In this document: positions 27,870 through 41,670 of the stretch, piece by piece
Position numbering within the stretch: the stretch's first letter is position 1
Layout of the letters: every line of letters starts with the position of its first letter
From: the human T2T-CHM13v2.0 reference genome, Homo sapiens
NCBI RefSeq assembly: GCF_009914755.1
Contig: NC_060927.1
Length of the DNA: 64,000 bases
Reading direction: 5' to 3' (one strand)
Notes under the pieces: model-generated
What the model saw: only the letters and a program-made list of their open reading frames with translations
Told to the model about the DNA's origin: nothing
Database searches by the model: none
Translations under genes and position numbers: made by a program

Positions 27870-28153
27870 TTGAGAGGGAGTCTCGCTCTATTGCCCAGGC
27901 TGGAGTGCAGTGGTATGATTTCGGCTGACTGCAACCTCCGCCTCCCAGGCTCAAGCAATTCCACTGCCTCAGCCTCCTGAGTAGCTGGGATTACAGGTGT
28001 GTCCCACCATGCCCAGCTAATTTTTTTGTATTTTTAGTAGAGATGGGGTTTCACCACGTTGGCCAGGCTGGTCTCAAACTTCCAACCTTGTGATCTGCCC
28101 GCCTCGATCTCACAAAGTGCTGAGATTACAGGTGTGAGCCACCATGCCCAGCC
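27834..28153 (-). mobile_element. Alu (AluS-type)
   Basis: TSD GAGGGAGTCTCAGYTT. Confidence 0.96.
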
Positions 28154-29774
28154 GAGGGAGTCTCAGCTTCTTCATCAACAGCATCATTCTAGTCAGTCTA
28201 GTTTCCGTTTACCTTGTCATCTACCACTTCCTCCAACTTACCTTCCCCCCAGCTTCTCTTATTCTGGTGAATCACCTGTGTCTTCATTTTTCATTCTTAT
28301 TCATCTGAATCATCTTCTTCATCTAAGGCAAGGTACCCTTTTATATCTTCCTGGAAAGACATCTACTTCATTTAAAATAATGCTACCAATTTCCTCCCCT
28401 CTGGTAGCAACCAGCAGATGGAACATGCTAGATGAGGTAGAGGATAATCTACAAATCTGGTCTGCCATATCATGGGAGATTTCACGTAACAGTGAATTCT
28501 TTCAGAGCCTCTCAGCAATACCTTCCTTGTTTTTCATATCTGTATCAAAAGGAACACTGGCAAACCTGGGTTGTATTTCTCATTCCATTTTGGGCTTGAA
28601 TTTTTCTGAGTCTGAGTCTCAGTTTATCTGTGTATGAAACGTTAGGGTTACGCTATGTGTACTCTCAGGGCCTTTTAACTAGAAAATGTTGAATTTGAAT
28701 GTTTACTAAGTCAACACAAGCTGCAGTCACCCTGGATTGCTTGATCCTCCATGTACTTTTGAGCCTGGCAGTATGAGGAAACTCCTGCAGTGAGCATAGT
28801 TCATGCCTACACAAAGTAGGCATTCCATGAATATTGGTTCTCTTCCATCCTGACTGCTTCTGGATTCATTTTCTTTTTATTGCCATTGCTTTTTAGTCAC
28901 CCAAGCTTATCTCTTTCTTGTCTACACCCTCAATGCTGTAAATCTTCCTTTCTCATTCTCCATCTGGATAGCTTCCTCTCTCCTCACCTTTTTCCCTTCA
29001 GGCTATGCCTATGGATGCTGTCCACTCTGAAACCTCCCAAAGACAAATGATTGCAATGGAGGCACAGATTGCCGGGTGGTGGTCCTGGCCAGCTACAAAT
29101 CTTTCCAAGAGATTAGCACCATTTCTTTATGGAATCATATTGTTGTTCCATGAGTGAGACCAAGTCTTATCCTCAAGGATCCCATAATGGAGGTGAGATG
29201 CTTTCTTTTTGACACTTAGTGGAAACAACAGTCCATGAGGTATATTATCAATTGGAAAGGTGGGGTTTTTGCTTTCTAGGATTGGGCAATGCACTACTAG
29301 GTTCTCAGCGTGGATTCTTGAGTATCTAGGAAAACTGGTCATGTGGAAAGCTTAAGCTTATTTTGCAGGCCTTGAAAAGACAGCCTGCATGTTTCATTTC
29401 ACTCTCTACCCGAACTGACACTTCAGGGATGAAAATGTCAGCAGACAGCCAGCAAGTAGCCGACTAGAGGGCATGATGTGGGCTGGTGGTGCAACTCTTC
29501 AAGGATGATATGCCAGAGAGGGCAGAACACAGTTAGGACAAGGCCAAGGATGTCATTCCCATGTGGAGAGGCCATTGGTAACCTCGGCGAGGTTTGGTTC
29601 TTCTCCAGTAGAGATTTTCAGAAGCTAAGAATTCACCTTGAGAGTCCTTTTTGCTTCCTCTTCTTTTGTATTAAACAAACTACTCACCTCTCAGTCTTTG
29701 CCTTTAGTCCTTTGGCTATTCCTGGTTAGATAGGCCCAATTCCAGAAGCATCTGGAAAACTCTGCTCTAAGTAT

Positions 29775-30005
29775 GTAGTGCTTAAGGGCCAGAGCTCTGG
29801 AGCTACACTGCCTGGATTTGCATTCTGGCCTGCCAAAAATACCTCAACTTGTTGCTCAGTATTTTTAGGCCTCTGTTGCCTCATCCATAAAATAATAATA
29901 AGAAAATTACTTATCTTGTTGTGAGGATTAAATGAGTTAATACATATAAAGCCCTTAGAACAGAGCCTGACATGTGATAAGTGCCCATTAAATATTAGCC
30001 ACTGT
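29775..30005 (+). mobile_element. Near full-length MIR
   Basis: ctctggagctacactgcctgg...gttgtgaggattaaatgagttaatacatataaagcccttagaacagagcctg. Confidence 0.85.
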
Positions 30006-30106
30006 TATTATGTGTTACCCTTATTAAGTCACAAAATGGCGATTTGGAAAAGATAATAGAGATTATCTAAATGATTGTGTTTTTTTTGTTATTGTTGTCT
30101 TTTTAA

Positions 30107-30350
30107 ATAAACTTTTAATTTTGGAGTAATTTTAGGTTGATAGAAAAGTAAAAATTGTACAGGGAATTTTCATATACTACTCACCCACTTGTCCTCATTT
30201 TTGATGTCTTACATTACTATGGAACGTTTGTCAAAACTAAGAAACTGATGTTGGTACATTACTGTGAACTAAACTCCAAACTATTTAGATTTCACCAGCT
30301 TTTCCACTAAGTTCCTCTTTCTGTTCCAAGATCTAGTCCAGGATACCCAG
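30107..30350 (-). mobile_element. L1MC-type LINE-1 3' end
   Basis: aaacttttaattttgg...gatttcaccagcttttccactaa...ccaggatacc matches the antisense L1MC4-like tail. Confidence 0.7.
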
Positions 30351-30387
30351 TTTAGGATCATTTTAAAACTTTCATCTTCTTTAATAT

Positions 30388-30691
30388 TTATTTACTTATT
30401 TTTTTGAGACAAGGTCTTGCTCTGTCCCCTAGGCTGGGGTCCCCCACTTGTGTGATCATAGCTCACTGCAGCTTTGACCTTCTGGGTTCAAGCAATCCTC
30501 CCACCTCAGCCTCTGGGGTAGCTGGGACAACAGGTGCATGCCACCACACCCAGATAAATTTTTGTATTTTTTGTAGCGACAGGGTCTCACTGTGTTGCCC
30601 AGGCTGGTTTCAAACCCTTGGGCTCTAGCCATCCTCCTGCCTCAGCCTTTTAAACTGCTGGGATTACAGGTGTAAGCCACCACGCCTGGCC
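30388..30691 (-). mobile_element. AluJ
   Basis: gatcatagctcactgcagc diagnostic; TSD TTCYTTAATATTT. Confidence 0.93.
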
Positions 30692-30702
30692 CATATTCCT
30701 TA

Positions 30703-31114
<412 letters not shown>

Positions 31115-32603
31115 CTACTATGACGTATAATGTTGTAATCATGTAATCTGGAGCAGCTGCGGATGAAGTCGAGCAGGATGGGACCCACCTTTTTTTCTTC
31201 CCCTGATTTATCTCCCTGAAGGGCTCCAGCAAAGCAGGGCTTAAAAGTCACTGCATTGAGTCTCCTTGTTCTTAGGGGAAGAGACTGAGGCCCCCAAAAG
31301 TGAAGTGACAATGCTGGGAGAAGCTGGAAGCCCAGAGAAGATCAGAAAAGGATCTTCAAGATACCTTGATCCTGTCCTTGTTGAATAAATGAGTGAGCAA
31401 CTATCGGGGACTCCCAAAAATTAGGGTTTGGATCCAGGCTCCTCCACCTTTCCCCTCATTTTTCCTTATCTGTAAAGTGGGTTCACTGATCAGTAATGTC
31501 TCATAGGACTTAACCCTCACAAAATGCCACAGTTTTACCCTGTGAAAGTTAAGCAAACCGTTGTGCCCACTTTTAGCACAGCCTGGAACGTAGTAGGTTC
31601 TCAATCAATGTTTGAAAAAGAAGCCTTGAAAATCAGGAAATTCTCCCCTTAGAACTTATTTCAAGAAGATTGGGACAAGCTGGTGCAAAACAAAGAAGAG
31701 TTATTCATGAGGAAATCTGTGACACTCAGGAATGGAACCAGTGTTTGAGTATCTGATAAGCAGGATATACTGTCTGTTTTTATTCTTGGAGGCTTTTATC
31801 ATACAATACTACATTATGTTACAGTCTGACTTTCACACAAATTGGATCCCAAAACTTCTTACAGGAATTAAAAATACAAACTCGTGGGCAGTATGTGTTT
31901 TATAAATTACAGAAAACAGTAGTGTAAAGACATGGCATAGCAAGTGCAGCGAAGCATGCGCAGGCATTGATACCCGAGGAACGCACGCATGAGGCAGCAG
32001 GGAAGGCACAGCATGCTGGGTGAGGCAGCAGGTGCACAGTTCTGTCCCTGGAGCCTGGAGAGATGGGGGAGGAGGGACATCTCTAGCTGGGAGGCTGGGT
32101 GAAGGAGCTGAACCCTGGAGACATAAATACCCTGTATATCTTCCTTATCCTGCCATTTATGGTCTTATTGAAGGGGGCCAGCTGACTTCTGAAACCTCAT
32201 CTCCATTGCTTTCCCTCACTCTTGTCTTTGTTGCAGCACTTTCTGCATTTGGATTACCCTGCCCTGCCATCATTACCTGTTTGAATCCAATTGATCTTCA
32301 AGGTCCAGCATATTAATACCACCTCTTCCATGAAGCATGCCTTGATTTCTGCCCATCCCCCCTAAGCAGGAAATCATCACTTCCTCTTATGGTTCCATGG
32401 CCCTTTGTCTGTACTGCTTGCATGGCACTGATCACTTCTTACCTTCTCTTGTAGTTATCAATATGCTCGTCTTATTTTGGGCTTTTACTTCTTTAGGACC
32501 TTCTCGTCTGCCTGGAACTTGGCAAACAGTGAACATTTGTTGGATGGATGGACAGGTTTGACACTGCTGACACTAGACTCAAATTTAGTTTCTTTAGAGT
32601 AGA

Positions 32604-32910
32604 ATTTTATTTTATTTTATATTTTTTGAGTCAGAGTCTCGCTCTGTCGCTCAGCCTGGAGTGCAGTCGTGGGTTCTTGGCTCACTGCAACTCCACCTCC
32701 TGGGTTCAGGCGATTCTCCTACCTCAGCCTCCCAAGTAGCTGGGATTACAGGTGCCTCCCACCATGCCTGGCTAGTTTTCTTTGTATTTTTAGTAGAGAT
32801 GACATTTTGCCATGTTGCCCAGGCTGGTGTGAAACCCCTGACCTCAAGTGAGCCGCCTGCTTGGCCTCCCAAAGTGCTGGGATTACAGGCGTGAGCCACC
32901 ACGCCCCACC
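32604..32910 (-). mobile_element. Alu (AluS-type)
   Basis: Perfect 15-bp TSD TAGAGTAGAATTTTA. Confidence 0.97.
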
Positions 32911-33640
32911 TAGAGTAGAATTTTAACTTGCTTATCTTTACATCTCCCATGCTGGCACTGAGAAGGTGCACATTCATTCATTTCACAATAAAGTTTCAGG
33001 CACTATTTCAGCAGTAAACAGTCCATTTGTTGATAGTTAACACAGAGAAAATAGTACTCATTGGGATGTGTTTTTATACTTGTAAGGTCGATCTGGATTT
33101 GTTTGTTTGTTTTGATATGTAAGGACCAAGAAAGAAAAGGTTTGCTAATCTACGAGTATTTCTGGTGTAGAATGCAAATGCTCTCTTATTCCTTCAACTG
33201 GCTTTATACTAAAAAGAGATCACTGGGCTCAGAAAGGTCCTATTTTTCAGATAATACAGCAGTTCCTTACTGACTTGCCTCAGGAGTAAACTCCTTTTCC
33301 AATTTTTAAAAGGATAGTACCAGGATGCCACTGTGCTCATAGTTGGGCTTTTTTGTACATGTTAATTTTTTTTTTTTTAAATATAGTGACAGAATGCATA
33401 CCACTGAGGTGGTAAATGGAAAAAATAAGTGCAGTGGAGTATACTGTCTGTTTCTTGGGGCCTTTTCTATTAATCACAGGAGGAAGCATCAGACATGACC
33501 AGATGAGAGAGCCAGATGACCCAAGTTCATGCCAGATCAAAATCAGAATGGCAAAATTGGGAGGAGTTGATGCTGTTGAATTGAGAAAGCATAAGGTTCT
33601 CAGAGTGATAGAGCTGGAAGGATCATAAAGGTCATCTAGT

Positions 33641-33792
33641 CTAATGGTTCTCAAACTCGAAGGAACATTAGGGTCATCCTGGAGAGTTTACTGGGCCCCG
33701 TCTCAGAGGTTCTGATGCTGTAAATCAGGCGGGACCCCTGAATTTTCATTTCTAAGAAGCTCACAGGTGCTACTAATGTTGAAGAGAACCTA
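33641..33792. mobile_element. MER5-like hAT relic inserted in a MIR
   Basis: tggttctcaaact...ttcatttctaagaagctcacaggtg...gagaacc; ATCTAGT on both sides. Confidence 0.6.
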
Positions 33793-36486
33793 TGATCTAG
33801 TTCAACTTCTGGGATTTCTTGCTTTCTTTCTTTTGTAAAAAAAATAAATAAATAAATTTAAAAAAGAGTTTTTGAAGATGGGGAAATGAGGCCTGGAAAT
33901 AGAAAAGATTTGCCTAGAGTCACACACACTGTCAGGTCAGGTAGAGTCAAAATCAGGCACCCCGACTCACAGACTGCTTCACATTGCCATCAGAGATTGT
34001 CCTGCAACAATATTATGTTTAGTTCTACTGCAGAATGATAACTGGATCTTACCCCCTTTGCCTGATCTGGCCACAAACTTGTTTTTCAGGTCTTTCCATT
34101 AGGCTCTCTTCAGCTAATTAAAAAAAAAAAAATCAGTTAACCCACATTTATTGACCAGTGCTGTGTGTTCACAACTGTATTTAGACTAGTGGTATAGCAG
34201 TGCAGTAGTCTGAAAACATTTTCTCATCTGTAAACAAAGACAGTCATACCTCCTAGGACTGCAAGAAGTCACTGAACATATACCTGGCCCTTAGTGTACA
34301 CATTACTAAAGAGAATAAGATGTGGTCTGCACCCTCTCATGCACCAGTGGCTTCTTGAGCAGTATGATAGAGAGAGACAGCTGAGATTTAGTGGAAAAAC
34401 ACAAGGCTTAGAATTGGGAGAGCTGGGTTCAAGCCCCAGCTTTGCCACTAAATGGCTGTGTAGTCTTGAACAAGTCACCTGCCCTCTCTGAGCTATAATT
34501 TGAAATAGACTTAGCTTAAGCAACAGGAAAGCAGTAATGAGCTAGAGGAAGGATAGAAATTGGGAAGAAGTATAAATCTGCTTAGGAGATGGCAAGTTTG
34601 GGGCTGAGGTGGAATTGATCTGAGGGAGAGACCTGGTAGAAAGAGCTAGGCAGTATGAGGCTGAGTGTCTGAAGGGGTAGCAGGCCTGGGGGTGGTCCAG
34701 TGATGGTTGAATGGGTGGGCCAGCCCAGCGAGGGGATCGCCTGCAATCCAGTAGAGATGCCCTCATTTTCATGGCAGGGTCCCCCTGTGCCAGTAGACAG
34801 ACCCAGGCCTGGGAAGGAGGGCTGGTTGAAGTGAGATGGATACCAGTCTTGGAGCATGGTTGGAGAATCTGTCCAGGGTGATGGCATCTGTTTTGGATTG
34901 GGGCCTTGAGGCACATTTTCAGTTCTGCTCCCTGGACCAGCATAGGAGGGTGGCAGACAGTACAGTGATTTGAATACAGGATTGATCCTGCCACCTTGAT
35001 TTCTGCCTTTATTTAGCGGCAAAGACACTAGATCAGAAAAGTACTGGATGTGATTGCTGTAGTCTTTCATGATTGATTTAGGAGCTGGGAGAGGCCTGGC
35101 TAGGAGTTGGAGGATCCCTGGGAAGATGAAGATTAGGTCTTACGTGAGCCTCAGCCCTCTCATCTGTAAAATGGGAGTAATGATGGTAATTATGCTGATG
35201 TTACCTATTCTGACTGGAGTAAGGATTAAAGTACTTGTCTGGAGGAAGGCACTTCATGGTTAAAACATGAAAAGAGAAGTGCACAGTGTTTTTATTACAG
35301 GGAAACACCAAAGAGCTGGAAAGGAATGAGGGCTGGAGAGATGGAGCTGCCCTGAGGACTCTGGGAGGTCATCCTGGGGGCAGAACTTTGACAGTTGCTG
35401 CCCGAGGTGGGACAGGGATGCTGGGAAGATGTGACGATGTGCACAAGTGTGTCATGTTCAAGATGGTTCTAAGCCCTGGCCAATTCCATACATGCTCTTT
35501 TCCTTTCTCATCCATAGAGGTTTTGGCAAAGGCATACTTGGGAGTGTTGATATAGCTGACACTGCAGCACCCTCAGTTTACAGGTGTGAGAAGAGTGAGG
35601 CTCCCACAGTCTCACTTGGACAGGTAGTCAGGGCTCTGATGGAGCTCCTGGAGTTTCTAGGTTCTCTGTCACTTGATAGTCAGTGCTGGGAGGGACCTCA
35701 GGGAATCAGCCAATTTCACAGATGGGGAGAGTGAGGCAGGTTGGGAATTCTGGCCCCAGTGGAGGGCACCACATGCCCACAGGGAAATGTCTTTCCCAGC
35801 CCCCTCCTCATGCTTCTCCTCTTTTCTGTCTGGAAGTCCTAGTTCTCCTCCTCACGCTGAGACCCAGGTAGGGTGATTGTCCATGTTTCTTCATTTATCT
35901 GTTTTTTTTCTGTTGCCCAGGGACTACTCTAAGCACCATGCTGGTTGCTGACTGTTCGCTTTTGCAAGATCTTGGAATCTCTGTTTGTTCACATCACAAC
36001 TCAAGAGGATACGTTCTCATTCTCCCAATGTTTGTCTTCTGCCCATTGCATCAAATTGCTCTTCCTTGTTTGGAATTAAACTTCTAGCAATCATTTACCT
36101 TTATGGTTCTCTTAACTTCAGGTCACACTGTTGTTTAGTCAATGTGAGAATCTTTCAGATGTTCTGCACTTTGCAAAAGGATATTCACAGCCAATGTGTG
36201 CGGCAGTGAAGGACACTTGTTGATTCCTTATTTATTGTCTGCTGTTCCAGGGACCGGGGACTAGAGGTGAATAAAGCCTTGTTTGGGCTGTCTAGGATGT
36301 TGTGATCGACACAGGAAACAGACATGAAAGCCAAATTGGCGCAGTGGGTGAAGTATTGTAATACTGGTCTCTGTTTATGATATATGGAAGAAGTTTCCTA
36401 GTAGCAGGGTGGGTGAGAGAGTCCATCATCATTGCAGATTGGTGCCTCTGTGGACATGCAGGTATGTTAGGCCAGAGGTGGGGAGT

Positions 36487-36552
36487 GGGAGAGAGAGGGA
36501 GAGAGAGAGCACGACAAAGAGAGAGAGAGAGAGTGAGCAAGAGAGAGGGAGG

Positions 36553-36587
<35 letters not shown>

Positions 36588-36606
36588 TGAGCAAGAGAGA
36601 GGGAGG

Positions 36607-36637
<31 letters not shown>
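36487..36637 (+). repeat. (GA)n-rich tract with a 54-bp tandem duplication
   Basis: GTGAGCAAGAGAGAGGGAGGGAGAGAGACA at 36533 and 36587. Confidence 0.95.
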
Positions 36638-36704
36638 GTTTTGAAAGCATTGATATGGGGTCTACATATTCCCCCCGGCCCCCATTCCCTATTATCATAG
36701 AAGC

Positions 36705-37079
36705 ATGCTGCCCTCCAAGGCTTTTGAATTTGCCACCGTGAAGAGCATGCATGGAATCTTCGGCTGTGGCCTTGCATTGCCCCCTGTCTTCACAGCGGAG
36801 CTTCTTTATCTGACCCGTGCATGTGCCTCTGATGAGCAGCCCTTCATCACAGCTCTGCGGCCTCCTCCTAGGCCCCCGCCTTCAGCTCTCCAGTTCATTT
36901 CCCGCCTTGTTCCCATTGCCACCTGCGGGCTTGGAGGGCCACCTGACATTCTGTCCTTTGGGTCCCCTGTGACTCCAGAGCTCCTTCCCTTCTGGGGCGC
37001 CCACATCTGCGACACGCTTGTTTGCCCAGTGCATTTTCTACACTTAGAGTTCCTCTCGTGCTCTCATATTTCCATTTAA
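36705..37079 (+). CDS. 124-aa ATG-initiated, repeat-free ORF of unknown status
   Basis: Open frame only; no recognisable domain or homology. Confidence 0.12.
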   Translation: MLPSKAFEFATVKSMHGIFGCGLALPPVFTAELLYLTRACASDEQPFITALRPPPRPPPSALQFISRLVPIATCGLGGPPDILSFGSPVTPELLPFWGAHICDTLVCPVHFLHLEFLSCSHISI

Positions 37080-38593
37080 AGCCCTCTCGAGAGGTCTGTC
37101 TCCTGCCAGCAGCATTCCTTCTAGTTTACTAGAACTCCATTTCTCATCCTGCCAGGCATCCAGCCGTGGAGTGAGCTTCAGCAAGCCTCTCTGCAGTCTC
37201 TTGTCTGCTCCAAAACTGTGGCCTCTGGTTGTGAGAAATGGGCATCCTGAGTCAGTGAGAGCAGTAGTTAGCTTGCAGCAGCTTCCCCTCTCCCCCTGAG
37301 TGAGCCTTTCTTCCTCTTCCTCCTCTTTCATTCAGCCTCATCCTGCGTTGGGTCCATTTGACAGATAATGGCACCTTGAGGCCTTGTCTTTTGCATGGCA
37401 TCTGTGCCTGACTGGTCAGAAATTACTTGTGAAGCAACATAGGGGGTTGTTGGTTGGGTCCACTTTTAGGATGAAGTCAGAAGGGATCGTGAGTGATGCT
37501 TGGCCAATAAGAATGTATTGATTTGATTTACTAATTAATTTCATTTCCAGACACCAATATATGCATAGCCTTGTTTGAAGAAAATTAAGGAGAACCATTT
37601 TGTAAATGGCAATGAGTGTAAGACACTTAACTATCTTCCTGCTCTCCCTGGCGTGGGCTTCCGCGCTCCCTGACTCTGCTTTTATTAAAGGTGTCTGGGA
37701 AGGCATTTGTCCTTCGGCTTCCCAGCTGGCTTCTTGCCTTCTCACTCACTGCCTCCCGTAGCCTGTGGGCAGAATCCCTCACCGTGCCCACCTTGCCCTG
37801 CTCTCGTCTGACCTCACCTCTGTTTCCAGGATTTGCTATGGCTGTCCCCTGCCAGTCATGCTCTGTGCTTGCTACTCTGAGTGTGTCCCTGGTCCCACTC
37901 TCTTGCAGCCTCTGTGTCTTAGCACATGCTGCCCTGATGGCCCAAGGGCCCTTCCCCTTTGTTTCTGTCTGGGGAATGTTCTGTCTCCTCTTTCTTGAAC
38001 CTCCTTATATTCCCTCAAGAAGACTTAAGGCAAAAACAAACCTGAACTTACTATGTGTGGTATTTTTGTGTTATAAGTGTAGGACCTAGTCATAGTAACA
38101 CATTTCAAAAATATGGAACCGTATAAAGAAAATGAGCATCACTCATAAATCACTATTTAGACACAAGCATTGTTTACGTTTCTAATATTCTTTCTTTAGT
38201 GGTGCTTTTCATGATTTTATGTGCATTTGCATTTTACTGACTAAATATTACTATATAAACATTTTCATATCTTGCCACTTCACCTAACAATACAGCACAA
38301 GCAGCTTCTCATGGCATTAAGAATTATTTGTACATGTAATTTTGAATGGCTGTATGCTGTTTCATCTTAAGAATATACCATAATTCTAATTTTTCATCAT
38401 TATAAATAGCACTGTGACGAACATCCTTCTTAACAAAATTCTTCGTCTGCACCTATGATTATTTTCTAAGGTAGATTATTAGAATTTGAAATGCCTTGCA
38501 CAAAGGACAGTAACTTTTTCACCCTTAGTTTCAGAGAGAACATGTTGTCTCTGGAGAAACACAGAAACATGAAAAAGCATAAAGAAGAAAATA

Positions 38594-38917
<324 letters not shown>

Positions 38918-38983
38918 TCATTTGCAACAGCCAGTGTGAAATTTGCTACATAATTGTATCTGTGTATCTATCTTTCTACCCTA

Positions 38984-39160
38984 CAGGTTGCCAAACATTT
39001 TCTGTAAAGGACTGGGTAGTAAATATTTTAGGCCTTGCAGGCCATACATGGTCTCTGTCTCCTCCTCCTCTTGTTTCCGCTGCTGCTTCAAGATTCTTTT
39101 AACTATAGAAAAATTATTTCTCGCTAGTAAGCTGTATAAATATCAGTTTTCCCACCTGGT
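38984..39160 (+). mobile_element. MER58-like hAT relic
   Basis: aaacattttctgtaaagg...tagtaaatattttaggccttgcaggccata..ggtctctgtc matches the MER58 5' end. Confidence 0.7.
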
Positions 39161-39253
39161 TCTAGCCTCAAAAGTGGAGCAATTCTGTACATACTTTGAA
39201 AGCAATGTTTAAAAATTTATTTAATTTAATTAATTAAAAAATTAATTGGTTAC

Positions 39254-39407
39254 TTTTTAGAGACAGGGTCACTCTCTGTTGCTCAGGCTGGAGCACAGTG
39301 GCATGAGCATAGCTCACTGCAGCCTTGGAAATCCTGGGCTCAATCAATTCTTCTGCCTCAGCCTCCCAAGTAGTTGGGACTACAGGTGCACGCCACTGCA
39401 CCTGGCC
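39254..39407 (-). mobile_element. FRAM/AluJ right monomer
   Basis: Single J-type right arm. Confidence 0.85.
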
Positions 39408-40230
39408 ATGTACATACTGTTTTGTAATTGTTCTCTTCCACAATTTAACTACTTCATCAGCGTCCTCATAGTTTTCTGTTTTAGGCAACCCAGATATAAT
39501 TACTGGCTTTCTGCTGGGATGCCCACAGCACTTTGGCCAGATCTCTGATATAGAATTTAAGGCACATTTTATTGCGAGTATTTGCTGAGATGTCTCTTTC
39601 TTAAGTCTAACTCCTCGTGAGTCTTTCCAGCCTCAGCACATTTCCTGAGTGGTGCTTAATAGATGCTCAGCAAATCTGTGTGGAACGATTGCCTTAGGCT
39701 GCAAGTTTATCCCTTCACAATGCCTACATTTAGATTGCAACTCCAGGCTTGCTCCTTGGGCCAGCAGCATCAGTATCACTTAGCACTTGTTACCAGTGGA
39801 GACTCTCGGTCTCACCCCAGAATCTATGTCTTTAGGTGTTGCTGAAAGTTTGAGAAGCATTACTGTAGAGCTCACCTCTGCTATATTCATCATGTACTTA
39901 TTTATAGTCATCCCTACCTCGTTCTTTTCATTGGTCGGAACTTCCTGTGACTAGACCATGGGTATTCCTTAATTGACTGACACAATTTGTTTCACATACA
40001 GCACCAGCTGCCATCTGGCCTAGTGAGACCTATGTGGCTGCCATTGTTTTTGGCTGGGAGTGGTTGTGATAGATAGAGGAGGGAGCAAATATTTAATTAG
40101 CACCTGCTATGTGCCAAGTCCTGTGCCCAGCTCTTTACACACATTCTTCCAAGGGTGAGACATGATGGTGTTTGCTGAAGGGAACATAGGGATCTTTAAG
40201 TCCAGTGATTTTTAACCAGCTAAAGAATTG

Positions 40231-40405
40231 AATATATATATATATAACATATGCACATAATATATATACATATATGTACATATATTATATATGTGCATAT
40301 ATATACATATATGTACATATATTATATATGCGCATATATAATATATGTACATATACAATATATGCACATATATAATATATGTACATATAATATACATACA
40401 CACAC
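40231..40405. repeat. Compound (TA)-rich repeat with self-complementary units
   Basis: Recurrent ATATGTACATAT and ATATGYGCATAT motifs. Confidence 0.9.
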
Positions 40406-41499
40406 ATGCCCAGCCCTTACTCCAGTCTAGAATCAAAATCTCTGAGAAGTAGACCTGGTCAAGAGTACTTAGAGAAAATTCCCTCAGTGTTTCCATTGTA
40501 CATTGCTGGTGAAAAACCAATGGTCTAGGCCAGCATCCTATTGTACAGATGAGAAAGGTGAGGCCCCAGGTCAATGAGCATCCCAAGGTCACATAAATTT
40601 AATAGCAAGGCCAGACCTAGATTTTGTACTATCTGCCTGAGGACACACTTCACATTACCTGAGCTGCTTCTGACCTGCAGTGTTGGGGTGGAAGTAGAAG
40701 TGGGTGAAGAGGTTGAACTCTTGTCCTCGGATCTCTGAGCTTGATTGGGCAGCTGGGAGTGTAGAAAACAGGCACCACGTCCTGGAGTATCCTTTCCATT
40801 CCCCCTCCACCTTTGCCCACCTTCCTTATGTCCTCTTTGGGGCTATGATTGAAGAGGCTTGAGACATTGAAGAGCATCAATATCTACTGCTCTAAGTGAC
40901 CCAGGCAGCTGCTGTGACATCTGGTGTCTTCCTTTATCTTTGTAGAGTCATGGGCAGCACCTGTAAAGGCAGGTGTGAAAGAAGCTTTGTTCTGATTCTT
41001 TTTTCACTGTCCCCTCTGTGTCAGACACTGTCATGGGAGCCCCCGGTCAACTTCTTGCTTCCAGTTGTGCCCAGCCAGCAGCAAACAGAATGAGACATCA
41101 GCTGAAGCTTTTCAAAGACATCCTGTGGAAGGGCATACAGACTTCATGTAGTGGCCAAGGGTGTGATTAGCACTGATTACGTGGCAAAGCGGAATAGAAC
41201 TAATGACCATGATAGCTGCCATTTACCCAGTGCTCACTGTGCCAGGCACTCTGCTTGAATCATTTCCCGTAATCCTGTAACAGCCATGGGAGGGGGTGGG
41301 AGTGGGAGGGGGTGTGCTGGGGAGGTTTTGTGGCCTCCCATAAGTGGCAAGCTGGGATGTGAACCCAGTTCTGCTTGATTTTAAAGTCCATGACCTTAAT
41401 TGTCGTACTACACTGCTTTCCTAGCTGGTTATGTGCTTATACCTTCTAACCTGCCACTGCTAGGAATTTAAGCAAAAAGCCCATAGAGATAGACTGAAC

Positions 41500-41670
41500 T
41501 AGTGTGTAAGGACCTATGGTAGCAGATGTCAAAAATGGAGTGGACTGTATCAATTGGTATAAGATTTCCAGTTGCTGGAGGTGTTCAGGCAGGGACCACG
41601 GTACCTCCTTGTGGGAGACTATCAAATGGAAGATTTGACTGGCCATCGCAGTGCCTCTGGGATTCTAATT
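41500..41670 (+). mobile_element. L3/CR1 LINE 3' fragment
   Basis: tccagttgctggaggtgttcaggcag resembles the CR1/L3 3' motif. Confidence 0.4.

Noticed and set aside
31945-31995. NRF1-like GCATGCGCA with a few CpGs, and scattered AP-1 TGASTCA sites elsewhere
   Set aside because: Isolated short motifs cannot support an enhancer call without chromatin data.
36292-36777. RE-rich and SL-rich ORFs
   Set aside because: Translations of the (GA)n tract.
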